This document shows, in pieces, positions 39,401 to 52,660 of a DNA stretch of 57,759 nucleotides (position 1 is its first letter; every line of letters begins with the position of its first letter). Made by a program: the position numbers and the translations under genes. A model generated the notes under the pieces. It was not told the origin of the DNA, did no database searches, and was given only the letters and a program-made list of their open reading frames with translations. The DNA comes from Hydrolagus affinis (lineage: Eukaryota): the NCBI GenBank assembly GCA_012026655.1, contig JAAILG010002115.1, positions 1-57,759 of the forward strand, written 5' to 3'.

Positions 39401-42400
39401 TACGCCAACGTTTCACCCACAAATATACAGTCAATTCACTTTACAGTATATTCTGTGAGGCACTTTGAGACATCTAGAAGATGTGAAAAGCACAATATCA
39501 AATGCAAGGATTATTATTATTGTTATCTTTATTCCACCAGCTGTTTTTAACTCTGTCCGGCTGTACTCCATGCTCCTTATGCCAGACAATTGCTGTGTGT
39601 TTTTAGATCACGTGTCATAATGTTCAAACTTCGTTAAATCTGCTCAAGTGCCTGTGGCCACATTACTGTAACATTGACCATGTAATTAGAAATTTTAAAC
39701 AACTTTTTTTCTAAATTTAGAACTTTTTTGAAAACCCCAAATAATATCATATTTTCAAAGCTAAACCTATTCAAGCATGTATGATTTATGACTTGAACTT
39801 TATAAAGCATGTAGTTCCATAAGAAACTATTCGTGGCAAGTCTAATGCTATCAGCATAATAATATAAAGGCCAAAGCACAACCATATTGTCAAATATCCA
39901 CACTGCTGAATGTCTCTGACAGTAGATGGTCTGGCCACCCTACATATTATTTCCTAATAATAATAATCCTTGCATTTGATGTAGCACTTTTCATGTCTTC
40001 TAGACATCTCAAAGCGCTTCACAGAATATACTGTAAAGTGAATTGACTGTATATTTTTGGGGCAAAACGTGGCAACAAATTGTGCACAGAAGTGTCCCAA
40101 AAACAGTCTTGGAATGAAAATAACCAATTTATTATTGTTTTTTTGAGGGATTATTATCAGGCGTGTGGAGTAAGGAAACTTGCCCAAGGTTTCACCCTGC
40201 TGGGAATTGAACCCAGGTCTCTTGCTTGTAAATCAAGTGCTCTACCCACTGAGCTACAGGACACCACAATGTAAATGAAAGAAGAAAATCATTGTTTCCA
40301 GGAATAAAATAAGTTAAGCTAACAGTCTGCAAGCTCAGCAATTGAGAGAGACTCCCTCTGCTTCAATCCCTGGAAATGCGAAGTAACTTGTGTGCGACAA
40401 GCAGAATAGTTCACCGAGGTTTATCAGTAGAGCAATGAGTTGGAGAACTGCTTCAAATTCTCTGCCAAGTCTCTGCTCTCACTGAGACAAATTGACATCT
40501 TACTGCAATCCTCATCAGATGACTGTTGTGAGTGGGCAACTGGCCCAATTTATTCAGTGCAGTTTTCTTGGTTTCTTTCTATTTTCCTACTTACTTTGTG
40601 TATCTCTCTGGTCTTATTCTTCCATTTCCTTATTGTCTCTCACATGAGAAAGCGGGCAGGAAGATTGGCACTGAACTAAGAATGGCTAGTGATTCGAACC
40701 GCCATCAGATTGGAAATGAGTTGGAGCAAATCTATAAGTGGTAAAATAAAGCAGGGCTCAGTGATTTGTATTCTTTACTAATATAGTTAATTGTTATATC
40801 AAAGAAATACTGAGTCTTTTTCCCAGTTATCCTGGTTTAGATCCCTTTTCTACACCAAACTTACACGTACTGTAGTAAATCAGTGACACAGTGTACAGAC
40901 ACTGTACCACTGACTGGCGCAGAAGCACAGTGACATAGTAACACAATAAAACTGCCACAGAGACAGCAGCAAGGAGCACTGTTGTATTTTTCTTATTTCA
41001 GCCATCCTTTTGAATGGCAAAAAAGCGCCCAGTTTTGTCACCGGATTGTGAGATGCCTCGACTACACTAAGAGGAGAGCTCCTTATACGTAAAACTGTAT
41101 ATATAATATATAAAAAATCATACAACTTGTTTCTGATTTTTTTTCTCTCTCTTGTTATTTTTCCCCCTCCCTGGGAATAATTGTTTTTAAAATGACCTTG
41201 ACATCAAAAATTATAAAATATAACATAGTGTATCGTTGGAATCAGTGAGATCGCTACCATGGTAATGAGGTGACATGCTTTATTTCCCCCTTACAATTAG
41301 CTTTTGTCTGAAGTTTACCTTGTCTCTAACAGGGTGGGGTAGGAGGGTGGTGGGTGGGGCGGGGGAGGGAGGGGGGTGGTGAAGAGGGGCACAAATCATT
41401 CTTGAATAAAGTCATTGTCACCTTATCAGTGTCATTTGGATGAATAATGGTTTGTTATCTCAAGCTTTCAACAGGATAGAAAATATAGCAGTGCCAAAGA
41501 CAAAAGCATGTGTTGAAATTATGGAGAATCCTCAGAATGCAAAGAAACTCCCACACACATATGCTGTTCATTAGTTAAAGACTGGGAATGGAAGATTAGG
41601 TTCACCTCACATTCACATTGATCTTGAATTATATTTTTCAGTCAGAGAGTACACCCATTATTATTTAATGAGCTGTTCCCAGAGGCAAAGCAATGCATCT
41701 TTTGTTCACTCCAGCTAAGCCATGGGGTACTTATTTGGCTATGTTAATACAGTATGCCAGGGGACCTTATCTATCATGAGTACTTGATGACATTCTTAGC
41801 TGACAGAATACCGAGCTCATAAAATCTGTGGAAATAATGGAGATGGAATACTGTGCTTCTTAGTTATAAACAATTTAAATCTTGAAGCTTACCGTAAGAA
41901 TAGTGACATGTGCAATAACAGATTAGCTCAACCTGTCCGATTATTTGTCACTTGTGATTGAAGGCCCTCTCAGCTATTAAATCAAGCATCCAATCACTGT
42001 CAGTAGGAATTTCAGATAACTGTCATATAAATACAGAGATGTTGTTAGTCTGATAGTGCACACCACTAATGTAAATCGAGTTTAGAATTCAAAAATTTTT
42101 ATAGTCATTCATTTAATCATCATTTAACTGAAGTAATCACTTAATTTTTTTTTGCCATTTCTGACTGTTGAGTTTGATATAAATGGCAATATCATACATC
42201 TACAGAAGGTTTACAAAATTAGTCCTTCTCAAACTTTTATGCAAATAGACAACTAAATGATTAACTAGAATGTTTAACTGTGTCTAATTGAATATTAACA
42301 ACATTTTGGAATAATCTTTTCATCTTATTTCGAATTTCCTCTGGGCATAAGAATAACTTGTGTAAATTTATCAAACAGGTTTTTTTGTGAAAACTTTTGA

Positions 42401-45400
42401 TTTTAATATCGGTTTTGGAACACATTCCCCTAAAAACACAGTCAGAAATTATTTAGACTCACTGATTCTGAAAACTATTTTTCTTTAATATTAGGTAATA
42501 TCTACTATTACCCTGCACTCTGAATTTTCCTTATAGTCTAATGATATTCAAGTTCAGTCTTTTACATGTTTCTGTTTATCACCAGTTCCTTCCATCTTCT
42601 GACTGAAAAACACATCCTTAAAGTCTACATGATTTGTAATTCACCACGTTATATTGTTCTCCATAGAACACTAATTTATTTCCGTTAGAAAAAGATGTTA
42701 AGGCTTTTGGAGGCTTATGTACATTCTAAATTGCTTTAGTCCTTCAAAAAGCTGTAAAGAGCACCAATCAAATATTTTTATTATTAATGGTGATTTCAGC
42801 TGCAGTCATAATTCTGTCTGATGAATCATGCATTCGTTCCTCAACAAGCTCAAAAAAATGGCATTTAATGGATTATGTTATAACAAATATAATTGACTCA
42901 TTGGAATTACAGTTATTTTCCATTGGAACAAATTGCTCAGTCCCTGAGCTAAAGGAATTAAAAATGCTGATAAGGAAACAGCATTACTGTTAATATTGCT
43001 AATCCCTCTATTTGCTGATAACATAATGCAGAGCATATAGCTGATTCAATCATACAGTTTATAAATGAATTGTCCTCAATAATCCCCTGTATCTTAGTCA
43101 TTGGTTGTTAGTTGACTGGTGGATCACTTTTCTGGGGGTAATAACCCCTTCAACCACAAAGAAATTGGCCACTCAATCCACAACTGGTCGTGGGACACTG
43201 CAATTGGCTTCCGTGATTTACTCACACAATATACAGTGAAATCACTTTACCGCATACTCTGTGAAACTCTTTGAGCCACCTCAAAGATGTGAAAAGCACT
43301 ATAGCACAAAAGCACTTATAAAATGCAAGGATTATTATTATAAATATTATTATAATATACTTTTTATATACTGTACATCCCAAAGGTTATGTTAATTATG
43401 ACAATGGGAACCTTTCTCCACTTTTCTACTAGTTTTACTGGGAATAAAAAATGACTGAGGCATATAGCAAATACCCCAAAAAAAGTTCCATGAGGCTGTA
43501 TGTGACATATGATTTATTATTGTGGCAACCAAATTGTTAAATTATTTAACTGACCTACTTTTACAACCGCAAAATCAGCTCTCTGACGCTTAAATGTTAT
43601 TGCATTTAATCGGATTGAACCAAGTTGATCAATTGGTTTCATTTTACAGATATTGATGAGTGCGCCCAAAATAAACACTACTGCAGAGAGAATACCATCT
43701 GCATTAATAGCCCTGGGAGCTACACCTGTCTCTGCAAAGATGGTTACATTAAAATTGATGACTACTCCTGTACAGGTAAGAATATGTCAGTAATTACATA
43801 GAAGTTAATGTATGATGTCTCCAATTATGCTGAAGCTGATATTCTTTGTGTGAAAGAAAAAGGATCAATATATTCTGCCAATATTAAATATGATGACTGT
43901 CCATATGTAGGGAGAAATGTATTAAATAGTCAAAGTTCATCATTGGAAAAATCCATTAACATTTAAAAGCATGAGCCAAGGAAAGACTTTAACATTGTAT
44001 TTTGGTCATTATCTATCACAAGGACATTTGAAATGCTGAGTCCCTTACATCTTAATGTGAAAGTTCAGCCTTTTAATGGTATTGATTGACACGTAAACTA
44101 ACACCCATGCAACGGTTGCATTTGTCAAAGACAAATAAGGGACAGAGTTTCAGAGAACAATGCTGTAACAGAGAGAAAGAGAGAAATAGCTAGCTGCTAT
44201 TGAATGAGCTGCACTTCACCATCAGTATTCCATGGGGCTTTTCAGACAGATACAGGGGAGGTTGGTTTTAGCAAGCTATGGGGTTTTAGCTGAGAGACTC
44301 CAGCAATATCCCAACGCACACACTTGCCAACCTGACCCTAATACTTTGTGACATTAGGTAAGAAAAATGCGTGCCTCCATGGAGAGATTGCACATTCCAT
44401 TCCAATACATATCTCTGGAATTTCGATGTATAAATGAGACGCATGGAATTGTTGATTTGGTTTGGATACTCTTAAGCATGGCATTGGGTCTCCACGTGCA
44501 TCAGACACCCAGCTGGCCAAAAAAAAAAAAAAATTTCAACAAGAAAAGCGTGTTTGCCCCAATGTCCTGACCAATAATTCCCTTTGTGGCTGTTTTTTTA
44601 GGACTTTACTGTATGCAATTGGCTGCTGATTTCCTGCAAATACACATTCACTACATTTGACAATAATTTCCTGTGAAATGCTTTGTGGCATTTCAACATT
44701 ATAAGTAATGTATCAAATGCAGGGTTATTAATACCATCCAAGATATTTCCTGACAATGAGAGCATGGTCACTGAGCCCTTTCCTTAGTGTGTGCTCTGGC
44801 CGCATGTAGGTTCAAGTACATTGTCAATATACACATCCGTCTTTGTCTTAGATTACAAAGAATGTACAGCACGGAAACAGCCCACTCAGTCCAATCACTG
44901 AGTGCTGGTGTTTATACCCCACAGAAGTCTTCACCTATTCCTTTCTCACCCCCATACCATTCTATTCCTCGCGTCTGAAGACTTTTCTTCTCGACTGCGC
45001 TTTTAGCCAACTTTTTTTCCCCCTCCCTTTGGCTCGGCCCCGGGATCCATTATTGTGAAGTGCTCTGAGATGCCATCTGGCATGGAGGGCACTATATAAA
45101 TCCCAAGTTGTTGTTGAGAAGGCTTATCTTCATCTTGAATGCCCCATACTATCTGATTCTATCATCACTTCAAGCAGCCAGTTCCACAATCTTACAATCC
45201 TATTTTAGATCCAAAAGCACTATATCAAATTGAAGCATTATTATTATTACTTGCTGCATGAAGTAGCACCTCCTAAATTCTCTTTTAGATCCCCGAGTTT
45301 GTATGTTATAATTGTGTCCACAACCATAACCTGGTGACACAAATATAATGTGGAGTCCACTGTAACTCATTCGCCTTAAAAGCGAGAGACCTAGGTTCAA

Positions 45401-48400
45401 TTCCATACAGAGTGAAACCTTGATCAAGTTTCCTTACTCACTCCTAATAATAATCCCTCAAAAAAACAATAAAAATTGATCATTTCAATCCACAACTGTT
45501 TATGTGACACTGCTGTGCGCAATTGGCTGCTGCGTTTCACCCACTTATATACAGTCAATTCAGTTTACAGTGTATTCTATGAAGCGCTTTGAGACGTCTA
45601 GAATACATGGAAAACACTATATCAAATGCAAGGATTATTATTATAATGAAGCATTAACGTTAACCCTATCAAATCACTTTATAATTTTAAACAGTTCTAT
45701 TGGGTTCCTGCTTAAACTATCAACCTTTTTAAAATGGATACTGTATTATTTTGGCCATATTCGAGTCCTCTGGCACTATTCCTTTCTCTACTGAGTTTTT
45801 AATATACATACTAGAGACTTAGCAGTCTCCTCCCTAATTTACCAAAGGATCTAATATGGTTGTGTGGTGCCCAAGTAAAATTAATGCAAGGGAATGAAAG
45901 ATTTGATTCTGTTCAATCCATTGACAATTTCCATGATTATCTGCAAAACACAAAATACTGCAGATGCTGGAAGTCTGAAACAAAAACAGAAATCACTGGG
46001 AACACTCAGTAGGTCAGACAGCATCTATGGAGAAAGAAAAGTGGGTCAACTTTTCGGGTCCACGACCCTTCATGACGTGATGAGTGTTCCCACTGATTTC
46101 TGTTTTTGTTCCATCAAAATCTGGTCAGGTTTCACCTGAATTAGATGTAGTTGAATGCCCCTTTTTCTACAGTTCCCATGCCTTACAACAACAATTTACA
46201 TTTATATTGCGCCTTTCACATCAGGATGACATCTTCGCGCTGCTAACAAATGTTAGAAGCCAATGTTCTTTCCTTTCTGGCAAGCTGTTATATGAACAAA
46301 TACTGTATGACCAGTGTCACTGCATTGTTTGTTGGGTACGTTTAGATTGACAGATAAACAGATTACTACAATATTAGTCACGGAGCTTGGCTTTGTGAGG
46401 TTTGTGTTGAAATTGCAACTGCTTTAAAGTTACAAGGAATCAAAAGGTCAAATATGTAATCCTTGGTAACAGACAACAAAAAGTAATGGACACTAATGAG
46501 ATATGTCCACAACACCAGCTATTATTTCCTGCTAATTGTCTTGAATTCCAAACTACTTTATTGGTTTGTGGTCAAACAGAGAGAAATCCTATAATCATTA
46601 GTCCCATACAGTTGGCGGAAGGATACAAAGGTGTTTACGACCAGCCTCAGAAAAGCACTGGTGTTCACATTCATTTTCATTTCCTACTCCAGCTGTTTTT
46701 CATAGAAGGTTACAATAGGGAAATGGAATGATTGCTCTCTTAAATCGATACTGATGTTTTTTCTGCGCATGAGTCAATCTAATTTCAGTCTCCCACTCAC
46801 TTCCTATTGTTGTGGCCTCTGGGTGAGATTGTTTGAATGCTGCTAATCATTGTCAAACTGAGCACAGTTTATGCCATGGATTCAAATGTGCAGATAACCA
46901 GGTATTAGAACTGTCCAAACTAAATATCATCCAAATGGAAACCAGAAGTAGATTGTGTTGATTGATGGTCTTTCACCTCCGTTGCAATGGAATTTAATTA
47001 ATCACTTGGGCTCTGGTTGTCTTCAAATGGCACTGTATTTCCACTTCAAGTAACAGATTGTACAGGAACTTACTCCACATCCTGACACCATTCCTGTGCA
47101 GTGTAGATCTTGGGTAACATCTTCGTATTTCACCAGTGACTTATGAACTTCAGATTGTATTATAATATAGAAAGGTATTGTATTATATTTGTATTATATT
47201 GTCAGCGTTGTCAAGACACTGATGTATTCTCTATGGACTAATAATTTTATCACAGTATTTTTTTTTAAAGTGTCAAAAAATGGTAAAATATTGTAAGAGA
47301 GAAAAGTGTACTTTAAAACCAGAAAAAAATGCTTTATTTACATTTTAGTAATGAAACTATTTATGTGCCACATATTAAGTTGCTGATTTTGTTATTGTTA
47401 TAGTGTTCAAAAATCAAGAATTCTCATTGATGCATAAGAAAATGCAACAGACAGGCTCTCTCAGATAAATTGAATTATGGTTGCAGTTTTAATTTTTGGC
47501 TTATTGAATTGCAGTAAGCTGATAATTCTAAACCAATAAAACAGGAAAGGTCTTTTGACTGAATATTTTATTGGTATACTTTCTACTCAAACTTGGAGTC
47601 CTGAAGCTCAGTGGTTAAGAGCACTCACTTCAAAAGTGAGAGACTTGGGTTTGATTCCTGGCAGGGCGAAACCTTGGGCAAGTTTACCCATATGCCTGAT
47701 AATGGCTGCTGTGTTTCGCTCATGAAATATACAGTCAATTCACTTCACAGTATATTCTGTGAAGTGTATTCAGACGTCTCAAAGATGTGATAAGATACTA
47801 CAGTATATCAAATGCAAGGAATGTTATCATTATTACAAAAGTCTGTAATGTAAGACCACAAACAGTGGGGTGGTGGAAGGGGAGGAGGTTCAATTAAAAT
47901 GTCGAGCTTTAAAAATATTCTATTCACAGCAACTTGGATCCTAAACTGTTTTAAAACAGGTTCATTCTCTCACAACTGAAGATTGTTACTCGAACGCCTT
48001 AGGCTCATAGATCTCACCAATTTACTGAATGCAATTAAACATTGGGTGAAGGTATGTTTTACTGTTGGTGGCTGAGTGTAATTTGCCAGATTGCACTTTT
48101 TGTGTTGACACATCTCTACCTTACATTTATTACAGGAGTTTTATCAATTGACACTTTTTCAATATTACTTTCGGCAGTCAGTGAAGTCAAGTACCATTTA
48201 GAGTGGCTGCCATCCAAAACCCATGGTACCAAATGTGACAGGATGTAATTTCAGGCTTGGGATGAGGCAAATTGTATGATTTTGGGAGTAAAGCATTTAC
48301 TTGCAAGGAATTTATATCACAAATGAGTGAAATAACTCGACAGGGAAAACTGGGAGCAGCTGGAAGTTTTGTTTTTCACTTTCTGTTCAATAGACAGAAA

Positions 48401-51400
48401 CAATCATCAATTAAACTTCCACCTGGGTGTAACAAGTGAATAGCTCCAGAATGGGAGAAACACAGGCATAGAATGTTGGTACGAAGACTTGGCATAATAA
48501 AATGCAACTGTACCAAGTCAGACTGCTCGCATGCGAGGGCCCAGAAGGTGCACTGCACTAATCAAAATCTGAGCTAGTCCCTTGTTGGAGTTGAGACATG
48601 CAGTTTTACAAAACTCTCAGGTGTCTGGGCATCCAAAACAGGGGCTGCCTTTCCTACTTTGTTATTCCTCTCTCAAACTATAAGCAAGATTAAAATCTCC
48701 CAATTATTTCCACATTTCCTTGCAAGGTTACACACCCTTAGAAAGGAGAGTTGATCCGATAACATCATATTCAGAGCTTCTGTGGGGAGACCAAGCTGGG
48801 GAGACCTGTGTTCAAATCCAGGCAGGTCAGGGCGAAACCTTGGGCAAATTTCCTTACTCCACATGCCTAATAATAATCCATCCAAAAAAACCACAATAAT
48901 AAAATTGGTCATTTCAATCCACGACTGTTTGTGGGACACTGCTGTGCGCAATTGGCTGCCGCGATTCATCCACAAATATACAGTCAATTCACTTTACAGT
49001 ATATTCTGTGAAGCGCTTTGGGACGTCGATAAGATGTGAAAAGCGCTATATCAAATGCAAGGATTATTATTATTATTATTCAGCTTTCCTTGAAAGAGTG
49101 ATTGACTTGGTATTTTCAGTTCCTGATTCTCCTCATAGCGGTCAACAGTGATTTGGTCATCATTTATCTTCCAGTCGAAGCGTTAACAACTTGGAGAGAG
49201 TGGCATCGTCCCCCCAGAGAACAAAGCTACTTTTTATGACATCCACCGGATAATTGTTTGAGATATCTCCTAGTGTCTATATGAAACAGTTCCAAGACTA
49301 GCCGATTCCTCACAAGAACATTTGTCTTCTTTAAGAATAACGTGGCTTATTGTAAAGAAATGCATTTTTTCATACTTTCCATTCAGAAGCAGCTGTAACT
49401 AGTCCCAAAAATACACCAAATCTTAATGCAAATAAATAAAACTTGACAGATCTAGTGCAGCTCAGACATGCTTCTTGCAGCTCCTCCTTAATGTAGCTTG
49501 TGAGAGGTTCCACTGCTGGGATGTTATTGACTCCATCTTTTACCTATTTGGAATTATTTTTTAAACTGATATTTATTACCTCTTACGTTGGGAGATTTAC
49601 ACTGAAAACCCTGGAGCCAGCTGAACCCCAAAGAGACCCCACTACCTCTCCTCTACCCACTCCTCCACCAAAGAGGATAGTCACTTGTTATTAGTCCTTA
49701 TATAAAGGTAGCTGTGTACTACTATTGAAGTAGCCTGTTGCACACTTTGAGTGTTATTTTGTAGCAATGATTTTTTGGTAATGCTTCCTGACAGGTAGAC
49801 ATAAGAAACTGGAAGTAATTCTACCACTTGTGGATATTTACCATCTAATGACATCTAAGTCTACCAATAGATCCAGCAGCTACAGTTACCAATAGGAACC
49901 TCCAGATCATGAGTCTACAAATGTTTCCCAGTGTATAATTCAATGTATATCAAAGGAGCTGGATTGCAATGGTTGATTTTCCAATTCCTTTTTGAAAGAT
50001 TCTATTGAATAAAGCATTTTGCCAATGACGACTTGCAGTTTGACCAGGATAAACTGTTAGGGACACAGCAGAAATACCAACTCATATCCCATATTTCTTC
50101 CAACAGCAGTGACTGGAACAAGCAGAAGCTGAAGCAGATATGAGGTTACCACCTTTTGTATGTAAATTATAGCCATAGAGTTCACTGCTTCTCTCTTACT
50201 TAGCTGGTGGGCACGCACACACAGCCAATAACTCCCAACACTCCAGGGAAATTAGAAGTTTCCTGGAAGTTATTTCAGATTCCAGAATTCAGTTAGATAA
50301 CACAGTATTTGTACCTTATCTGATTAGGATGAAATCCTGTTGATTATTTTAAACACAAAACTTGCCTGCTCTTACCATTATAAATAACCTGTGACACCAT
50401 TAGAACTGGAACAGTGACAGCAGAATCACTAACTGCAAGATTCATTTGACTACTCCTATAGTCTGTGGTCCTATTAAGACACAAATATTGTGTTACATAA
50501 TTAAATGTCAGTTCAGAATTTGTACACACAGAGATTCAGTCAATGTGTGGTTAGAAGTTTACCTAACTGTATTTACTTATTTATTTGTGGTAAATGTAGA
50601 GGGTAACAAGCAGGGAATTAGGATTAGAGTAGATAGAATAGTGATTTTACTTGCTTTAGCTCGAATGACTGAATGGCTTCCTCTTATGATATAATTTCTG
50701 GAATTCCATAGGGGAAGTGTGTGTTACATGTGTTACATACATCAATAGTACTGACAATAATGATCACACACTATATTTAATACCCTAACCTACCCAAAAT
50801 CTATCATCCTTACTCTTGAAGTTGTAGGTGGATCCATGGCCTTTTGGGGAGAGAATTATATGTTTCTACCACTGTTTGAATGAAAAAATGCTTCCCGATT
50901 TCAATCTTAAATGGCCTGATTCTAATTGTAAGTCTATGACAAACTTGTTCTGGATACCTCCACCAATGGAAATATCTTCTTTGTGCCCACCCTATCAAAC
51001 CCCTTTATCATCTTAAATACCTCAATCAAATCACTCCACAACCTTCTGAACTCAAGGGAATACTCCCAACTTTATGCAGCCTTTTCTCATAATTTAACCC
51101 TTTTAGGTCTGGTAACCTACGTCTGACCTTGAGCTGCACCCCCTCCAGGGCCAATATATTTTTCCTGTGTACTTTCCTGAGGTGTGGTATCCAAAACTGA
51201 AGGCAGTTCTCCAGTTGGAGTCTGACTACACTCGTCAACACTACTCAAAAGCCCAGTTTACAATTCCTCCATTAAAATCAGTGAGCAACTCACCCTTAGA
51301 TTGATTTTCCTTCCTTTAACCTTCAAAGTATTTTCTTGCTATTGAAAATGAAGAGGAGAAAGGGAGATGGCATTTGCTTACAAGCATTATAGACAATACA

Positions 51401-52619
51401 CCTTACAGTAAATCCTGTGAAATGCTTCAAGATATTTTGACAATATGATAAGGCACACTGCACAACGTGATAAGGCACTAAATCAAGTCAAGGATGATTA
51501 ATACTAACAGCATTCCTCTGCAAAGAAGTTGCCTAGCTGCCTGACTTTCTTCTGGGCTATCCTGCATGAAGGGCACAAAATAAATGCAAGTAGTTGTTGT
51601 AATGCAGAAGGAAAGATTCTCAAGATATTGTGCCATAGTCTCCTTTATCTCATACTTAAATTCCAGCACACACAGGATTATTGAATTGTTTGGGATTTAT
51701 TTTTATGAGGCTCTGAGTAATGTATACATTACCTTCAGAATTCAGATAATTAGCTTTAGTTCTCATTGTGAACTGTTATTCTAAGATACTTCCATGAGTG
51801 TTCACTTCAGTCAGCAGACACGTAAAGCTCACCAACAATATTTCACATTGCAGGAGTTTAAAAAAAATAGTAATTAAAGTCTCTGATTTGAGGGGTGAGG
51901 GAAAGAGAAGAGTTCTGTTTACATACAACAAGCAAGTAAAATGGAAAAACCTGCTTCATTGGTTGAGTTCCCATCTAACATGTGCTTTAGTGTTATTTTC
52001 TATCTGGATTGTGTGCACAGACTTGATTTGTGAAGAATTGAATTATCGCCTTACAGTTCCCTGAATCTCTGCACTACGTAATTCTACCCATTTATTGCAC
52101 TTATTGGTCGTTTACCCTCCATTGACTGAAAAATGATTGGAAGTGTGAGACAAATTCCAGATTAAACAATTTGTAGCTCAGAAATCTAAAACAAATTCGA
52201 CAAAAGTAAAACAGTTATTAAGAAGATTCAAGCAACCAAACACATGCTTTCCATTCATACTGGAAGTAGTCCAAATGTCTGAGATGCGATCCGGCATGAA
52301 TTGGGCTATATATGTGGGAGTCCTGTAGCTCAGTGGTTAGAGAACTCACCTAACAAGCAAGTGACCTGGGTTCGATTCCTGGCAGGTCGAAACTTTGGGG
52401 AAGTTTCCTTACTCCAAACACCTAATAATAATCCCTCAAAAAATAATAAATAATAATAAATTGGTCATTTCAATTTATGACTGTTTGTGGGGACACTGCT
52501 GTGCGCAATTGGCTGCCATGATTCACCCACAAATGTACAGTCAACTCACTTTACAGTATATTCTGTGAAGCTCTTTGGGACGTCAATAAGATGTGAAAAG
52601 CGCTCTATCAAATGCAAGG

Positions 52620-52660
<41 letters not shown>

